NCBI GenBank assembly: GCA_051362555.1
Contig: CM120641.1
Coordinates: 43,716,401 to 43,780,400, forward strand
Direction of reading: 5' to 3'
Source of the DNA: Lingula anatina
Taxonomy: Eukaryota; Animalia; Brachiopoda
DNA length: 64,000 nt
The position numbers and the translations under genes were made by a program. Below the pieces are notes generated by a model. It searched no databases. It was not told the DNA's origin and worked only from the letters and a program-made list of their open reading frames with translations. This document shows positions 58,901 to 64,000 of this stretch, piece by piece; positions within the stretch are counted from its first letter, which is position 1, and every line of letters starts with the position of its first letter.

Positions 58901-59391
58901 CAAAATCTTTATTCAAACTAGCCCCTTTTTTGATTTATTTAATTATTTGTGTGTGTAATAATTTGTAATGGATGGTCACCATTATAACATGGCTATGTCC
59001 TTTTAGAAAGTTCTATTTTGTGTAACATTTCCAAACATTTTTTCTGTGATAAAAATATAAATTTCATAATTTTTTTTCTGTAAAATTCATATCAGTATAA
59101 CTTTGAAGGTCTCATTGGCCAAAACAAGCCCTAAAGGTTAAATAAAAGGTTGGCTGGAAACTCTATACCTCTCATCAGTGTCCCAATTACTAACTTATTT
59201 CCCACCCACAAAAATGATTTTTTTTTTGTTTTTACAGGATTGTTTACATGTTCAAATGGTATCCAAGACAAGACATCACTTGGACTGAGCACCCACAAGA
59301 CTCCAAGTTTACCTTTTTACCAAGCTGGTTTACTGACCCAGACCAACAGGGAAACAGTGGCAGTAAGCTGGAAACAAGTGCATTTTCTTGA
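55996..59391 (+). CDS. DXO: Decapping and exoribonuclease protein (DXO/DOM3Z, Rai1 family)
   Basis: Exons 55996-56396 (FPFYRQPKDIGCFSLD), 56927-57150 (DFVCWRGLLTKLLCTPYE, YWGYKFEQ), 57708-57803, 57932-58037 (FAGETDC, YVELKTS), 58228-58363 (KLIKWWAQSFL, GFRDDDG), 58659-58753 (W..AVCMNF), 59238-59391 (FLPSWF). The DXO/Rai1 motifs are present. Confidence 0.97.
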
Positions 59392-59869
59392 TAGTTCAGT
59401 CTTAGCTGAGTTTTCAGTATAATCAGATTTTGAACTGTGACATATTTCTATTTATTAAGGATTGTATTTAATGGTACTTTATGCTTAAACTATAAAGTTG
59501 TTTGTCCCAGAAGACAAGGCAACAGGTTTAAGTGTGAAGGCAATTTTGCAAAATGGTTAAGATCAGGTACTGCTTACTTCATTTTACATAAATCTGCTTT
59601 TAGGATCTTTCTCCTTTACAACATCCATGTTATAACTTCTGATATCTGTTATCTCTGTTTTATAGTATGAAGTAATTGTTATACATGAACAGAAAACATC
59701 AACTGCAACACACCTGTTCAGACTGTCAACTCTCTGTGGTTGTTCTAAGGCTGTTAGAGTTGTATGGATACTATTTGTGAAGCATTAATTTTGATAATTG
59801 TACCTGTCCATACAGTGTAACAGTAATCTTTCTGAAAAGTCCTAAAATTTTTTTTCCACCCCAAACAAG

Positions 59870-60300
59870 ATGTGGCATATTTATCGTCAAGCTTCCTTTT
59901 TCTCTCCTAATTTTTGTGCTGCACTTTCAAACATAGCTTGTGCTTCCTGAGCTGCTTTTCTTGCTTTCTTTGAAGATTCTTCTTTCTCTCTATCTTCTTC
60001 CAAACACCTTTTGTAGTTCTGAAAAGCTAATCTGGCTGATTCCACCAAAGGCTTGGTGATGGGAACAGTGGCTTGCCTTCATTTTTTGTAACCACATCAT
60101 TGGTTAACCTCAGACCATTGACTGATTGGGTAGTTAGTAGGGCTCTGTCCTGAGTGACTGTCCTCTTGTTGACATATAGACTTCTTACAACATCTGCATT
60201 GCTGAGGATTAAGCAAAGGCATGCTTTCACAAATTTGAAGCCTGCCTGTTCCCAATTTTATGTTGAGGACATTCCTCCAGTAATGATCAGTGCGGACATT
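59870..60300 (-). mobile_element. Decayed hAT-like transposase C-terminal fragment
   Basis: DHYW..FVKACLCLILSNADVVRSLYVNKRTVTQDRALL..SVNGLR followed by a charged coiled-coil; resembles the hAT dimerisation region (S.GNADVERxFS). Frameshifted. Confidence 0.65.
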
Positions 60301-60344
60301 TGATGCCTTATTGTTGATGTACCAGTGTAAAGTCATAGTATTGG

Positions 60345-60575
60345 GAAGTCCTTTTCTGTTGGCCCTCACTATATCACAAGTGGGTGTGGACCTTCTCACA
60401 CTTTTGTTAAAATTATCCTTGTATCTTGTGTAAAAATAATCCTTGTATAAATGGTGGCCTTTATCTAAAAAACAATTTGTGACAGACATAATGACATCAT
60501 GTGTAGCACCATTGTTAGTTCCGTTTTCATCTTTTCTGGTGTAGACTTGTAAGTTACTGACATAGCCAAATATTG
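60345..60575 (-). mobile_element. piggyBac (PGBD4-like) transposase fragment
   Basis: GYVSNLQVYT..FLDKGHHLYKDYFYT..CDIVRANRKGLP matches the piggyBac core GY..F.VYTG..KGHHLY.DNFYT..CGTVRxNRKGLP. Confidence 0.8.
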
Positions 60576-60779
60576 CCTTCTGGTTCCTTTGTCAGCCTTT
60601 TCAGCTGTGCGTATGTGCTTTTTGGGTTCTAGTCAACGTTTGGTTCGTTTCTCACAGTAACCAATATTGTATGTGGGATTGAACTAACTTCGTTGTTCAG
60701 TGGGTATGGTGGCAGTGCAGGTAGATCCTCATAAGTAAAGTAAACTACTTCTATGTGTAACTGGGCTTATTTGTTATTA

Positions 60780-61745
60780 TGTTGCTACTTGGGTTAGATC
60801 TTCAGCCATAGAAACAAAACAGTGTGTAGTCCTCAAGGACTTCACACTTGTCAGGTGTTGTAACCCCTCAGAAAACTCATTCTTAAATTCACGACCTTTG
60901 ATCAGGGTGGATTCTTTCTGGAAAGCCATACCAGAAAACATGGTCGTTAAAAATCTTGTCCGCAGCAGTCTGCCCCAATGAGTTTGTAGTGGCATAAGCG
61001 ATTGCGAATCTAATGAAATGGTCCACCACAACCAGGAAGTACTGGTATCCACCCTTGAAGGTTTCCAGAGGAAGGAAGTCAATTGATATCATTTGGAATG
61101 GATACTTCGTCTCAGTAGGTTACAGTGGTGCCAAAGCTTTTTAGTTTGGTGGTTTGTCCTTTAAACACTTACACAAGTGCTTCACAAAGTGATCAATATC
61201 TCTTGCCATGTGGGGCCAGTAGAAGCAGTTTTGGGCAAGAGACAAGACTTTGTCTGTTCCCAAGTGCCTATGATTCACGTGTAACTCTTCCAGAACAATT
61301 GGATGGAACTCTTTTGGAAGTACAATCTGGTGACTTCTTGTTCCTGATGGGCACCGTGTTACCCGTCTCAAAACACCATCTTCACCAACTGTTAATATCT
61401 CCCATCTTTGGAGTAAAGTCTTACATTCAGAAGATAAATGTTTCACGGACCTGTGACTTGCTTTTGTGCCCAATTCTACCAGCTTTTTCACAAATAGATT
61501 TTGGATATTCTCTTGACCTTACCTCGGGGCTGGTGGTGCAGATACTGTGGTAACCAGTCTCCATCGATGTCCACCATGTTAACATTCACTGGGATTAAAT
61601 GGAGAATCCTCCTGGCTATGAACGGCCACCATCTGTAACTGCCGTTCACCAAATTTCAAGTTGGCTAAGTACGAGATTGAAGAGATCAGTTACAGTGGAC
61701 TCCATCTTGATGCAGAAGATGCAGCCTCATTATGTTACCTCTAAG
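60780..61745 (-). mobile_element. Ty3/Gypsy LTR retrotransposon pol remnant (integrase zinc finger plus core)
   Basis: LH...HLG......FYWPHM..DI..FVK..CKC (HHCC finger), then PFQMISIDFL..YQYFLVVVDHF.RFA.AY..GFPERIHPDQ/GREF; several frameshifts and stops. Confidence 0.9.
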
Positions 61746-62060
61746 TTCAGACATGCTGAAAACTTTTCAGAACTGCCGGACATTCGGACCGGCAGTGATG
61801 AAAAATTTGCCGGACCGAATGGATTTTTGCCGGACCGAAAATTTTCATTAAATATAGAAGCGTTTCACTTGCTCCTTCAAATCTATTCAGTATTTAATAC
61901 TATCAACTTTTTAAACATGTTATACACCTTTCAATTAGGAACTGACAGTATTTTTCAATCGAAAAACAACAATAGAATCGAAAGTTTAAAACATTTTATT
62001 ATTCCCATTGTAAATAACTTCAGGTTCTGTTACAGTTTTGTATGGATTATCTATTCTGAC

Positions 62061-64000
62061 TCATAAACCTCTTAGGAACCCTTCCATCCTTAAAAAGGAA
62101 CTATTCTCATCATCAGAATAAAAGTCAGATTCAGAATCAGAATCTGCATATTTATACTGATCTCCAACAGTTACATCATCTTCCTGATTTACAACTGTGT
62201 CTGTCACATTCTGCACTGCTACTGCCTTGTCATCTCCAACTCTCACATCATCCTCATCATCACTTGCAACTGTGACATCCTGATCTGCAACTGCCTTGTC
62301 ATCTCCAACTGTCATATCATCATCATCATCACTTGCAACTGTGACTGTCACATCCTGATCTGTTTCAGCCTGATCCATTTGTGATTTTCTTTTCTTGTAA
62401 TTAGATCTTCTACTTGGTGTCTGGGTGATAAAAAGTACAACTGCATTACTTCACAATTTGCCTTTAAAAAAAATATTATTCAGTTACACATATATTGGTT
62501 GAGTTAAAATAAACTATAAGAAAAAAAGCTGTAAGATGGTACTTACCCACCAAAGAGTAATAGCCCCCATGGGATCAAAAGTATCTGGAGTGGCACCCTC
62601 CAGTTTAATCTTCAAGAGATTGTTGAGGGTGGCATTACTCAGGCGCTGCCTTCTGTCTGTGAATAGTAGCTTCATATGAGAAAATGACACCTCACAGGAA
62701 ACTGATGTGGGTGGAAGACTGTGAACAACATCAACCATCTTTAACACATTTGGGAAATCATTCCCCAATGTGTTGAACACCTTGTCCCATTGTAGGGTGG
62801 AAATACTATCAAATCTGAAAGAAAAGTTTATACAGTTCTTCAACAACCACATCTGTATAAGTGTAATTGGATCAACATGTGCACAAGAAGTTCTACTTGT
62901 CAAATCTAAAACAAAACAATAAGAATTCTTACATCAACTCTGTAAAAAATCATTTTGTGAATTAATTTGTTTTAGTAAAAGTACTTACGTCTTATAAATT
63001 ACTCCTTTGAGGAACCGCCACTCGGATATTGCTGTGGAAGCAGAAAACGGGAGATAACTACTAAATCTCTCCAAGACACATGGAATTTCTTTGTTGCCAA
63101 AACCTGAGAATAGTAATATTGCATTATAACTCTTTGGATTAAATTGAACAATTTAACACTATTGTTATAAATTCTGCAATATCGTATAGTATATCTGTAA
63201 AATCCAAAAGATCAGAAGAATTTTCAGAGGACAGTGAAATTTAAATTTTTAATAGAAAGACTAAAAAAACATATCAAGTATTGTTTCTTAAATATTCAGA
63301 AATATTGTTCAGTATAATCAAGGCATGCTAGTATAATTAATTCACACATTATTTTTAAATTAGTAATAAAACAAATTGAGCTGAATCAAAAAAAAAAAAT
63401 CATCAAATATGTAACTGAAAGCAAAAAATGTGAATTGGTAAAAGCAGCTGCATAACTTGACATGCAAAACTTTGAACAAACAAATATATAATATATAATG
63501 CTGACATGCAACAAGATAATTTCATCAAATATAAAACAGAAAAACTTAAAAATGCAACAAATAAAGTGAAAACTGAAAGAGAACAAAGTCAATAATCAAA
63601 GTTCCTAACTGGAAATGGCATTGGTGTCTTCCTTGTCTGGCCACTTCCTAAAATTGAAGACCTGCAGGTCTTTTACTATGGGATCCCCACTGCCAGCCAT
63701 GCGATCCGTAATAGCTTGGCACAAGTGTGCCAACATTTTGGCTCTGTACTCCATCTTCGGAGCAGTTCCCATCAGGGCAACACCTCTAAAAGTCCCTGTT
63801 GAAAGCATTTCATCGAGCTCTTCCAACTGCCTGCATAAAATCAGTAGATAGTAAATATCATGCAAGCTGACTTTTGCTTTTAAAATTAATTGATTAATTA
63901 AAAACACAGCAGACTGAAATGTTCTTAAAGCTTGAACATACCTGGTCTTTAAATCCACCAACTCATCAAGGGTCACTTCAACCCAAATACAAATGTCTGG
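62061..64000 (-). CDS. Intron-containing ZNF862-like hAT transposase, 3' part (5' part beyond the right edge)
   Basis: Phase-consistent exons 64000-63942, 63830-63610, 63103-62989 (FGNKEI..RF..EW..LK), 62814-62547 (FPNVLKMVDVVHSLPPTSVSCEVSFSHMKLLFTDRRQRLSNATLNNLLKIKLEG..FDP..AI..W, hAT dimerisation domain), 62420-62061 (basic patch then acidic repeats). No stops in the spliced frame. Confidence 0.82.
62160..62362 (-). repeat. Coding minisatellite, about three copies of a ~69-78 bp unit
   Basis: Encodes DQDVTVTVASDDDDDMTVGDDKAVA / DQDVTVASDDEDDVRVGDDKAVA / VQNVTDTVVNQEDDVTVGD. Confidence 0.85.

Larger units (their letters stand above)
61748..64000 (-). mobile_element. hAT-superfamily element carrying a ZNF862-like transposase; one terminus near 61748
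   Basis: Terminus starts CAG and is followed by GCCGGAC/GGACCG subterminal repeats (61775-61840), about 220-310 bp downstream of the transposase stop. Confidence 0.65.

Noticed and set aside
45733-59391. PLD6, DXO and STK19 as an operon-like RNA-processing system
   Set aside because: PLD6 is separated by EPDR and has its own promoter; proximity alone is not evidence of a shared pathway.
61599-62066. 155-aa plus-strand ORF
   Set aside because: It spans the Gypsy remnant and the hAT terminus antisense; no coherent protein signal.

Overview
AT-rich, intron-rich animal genomic DNA, probably a marine invertebrate. Mollusc/lophotrochozoan is my guess from gene content, not a firm call. Exons were assembled by hand using GT-AG sites and phase consistency. 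Left to right: (1) secreted astacin metalloprotease with Sushi/CCP and two MAM domains (minus strand, runs off the left edge); (2) a divergent secreted CAP/SCP protein with prohormone-like processing signals; (3) a 3-exon uncharacterised gene whose first exon looks like a degenerate ParB/Srx-like domain, followed by an acidic tail; (4) TVP23 head-to-head with (5) PLD6/Zucchini; (6) an ependymin-related protein; (7) STK19 head-to-head with (8) DXO, the same arrangement as in the human MHC class III region; then decayed hAT, piggyBac and Gypsy fragments and an intron-containing ZNF862-like hAT transposase running off the right edge. Also present: a Tc1 fossil, two TAA-flanked fold-back MITEs, microsatellites, and about 20 TACATGTA octamers, one of which is an insertion at a TA site resembling a Tc1/mariner excision footprint. 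No tRNA, rRNA or CRISPR array was seen. I cannot prove a wholly new system. The strongest leads are the ParB-like gene, the processed CAP precursor, the STK19-DXO pair and the TACATGTA footprints.
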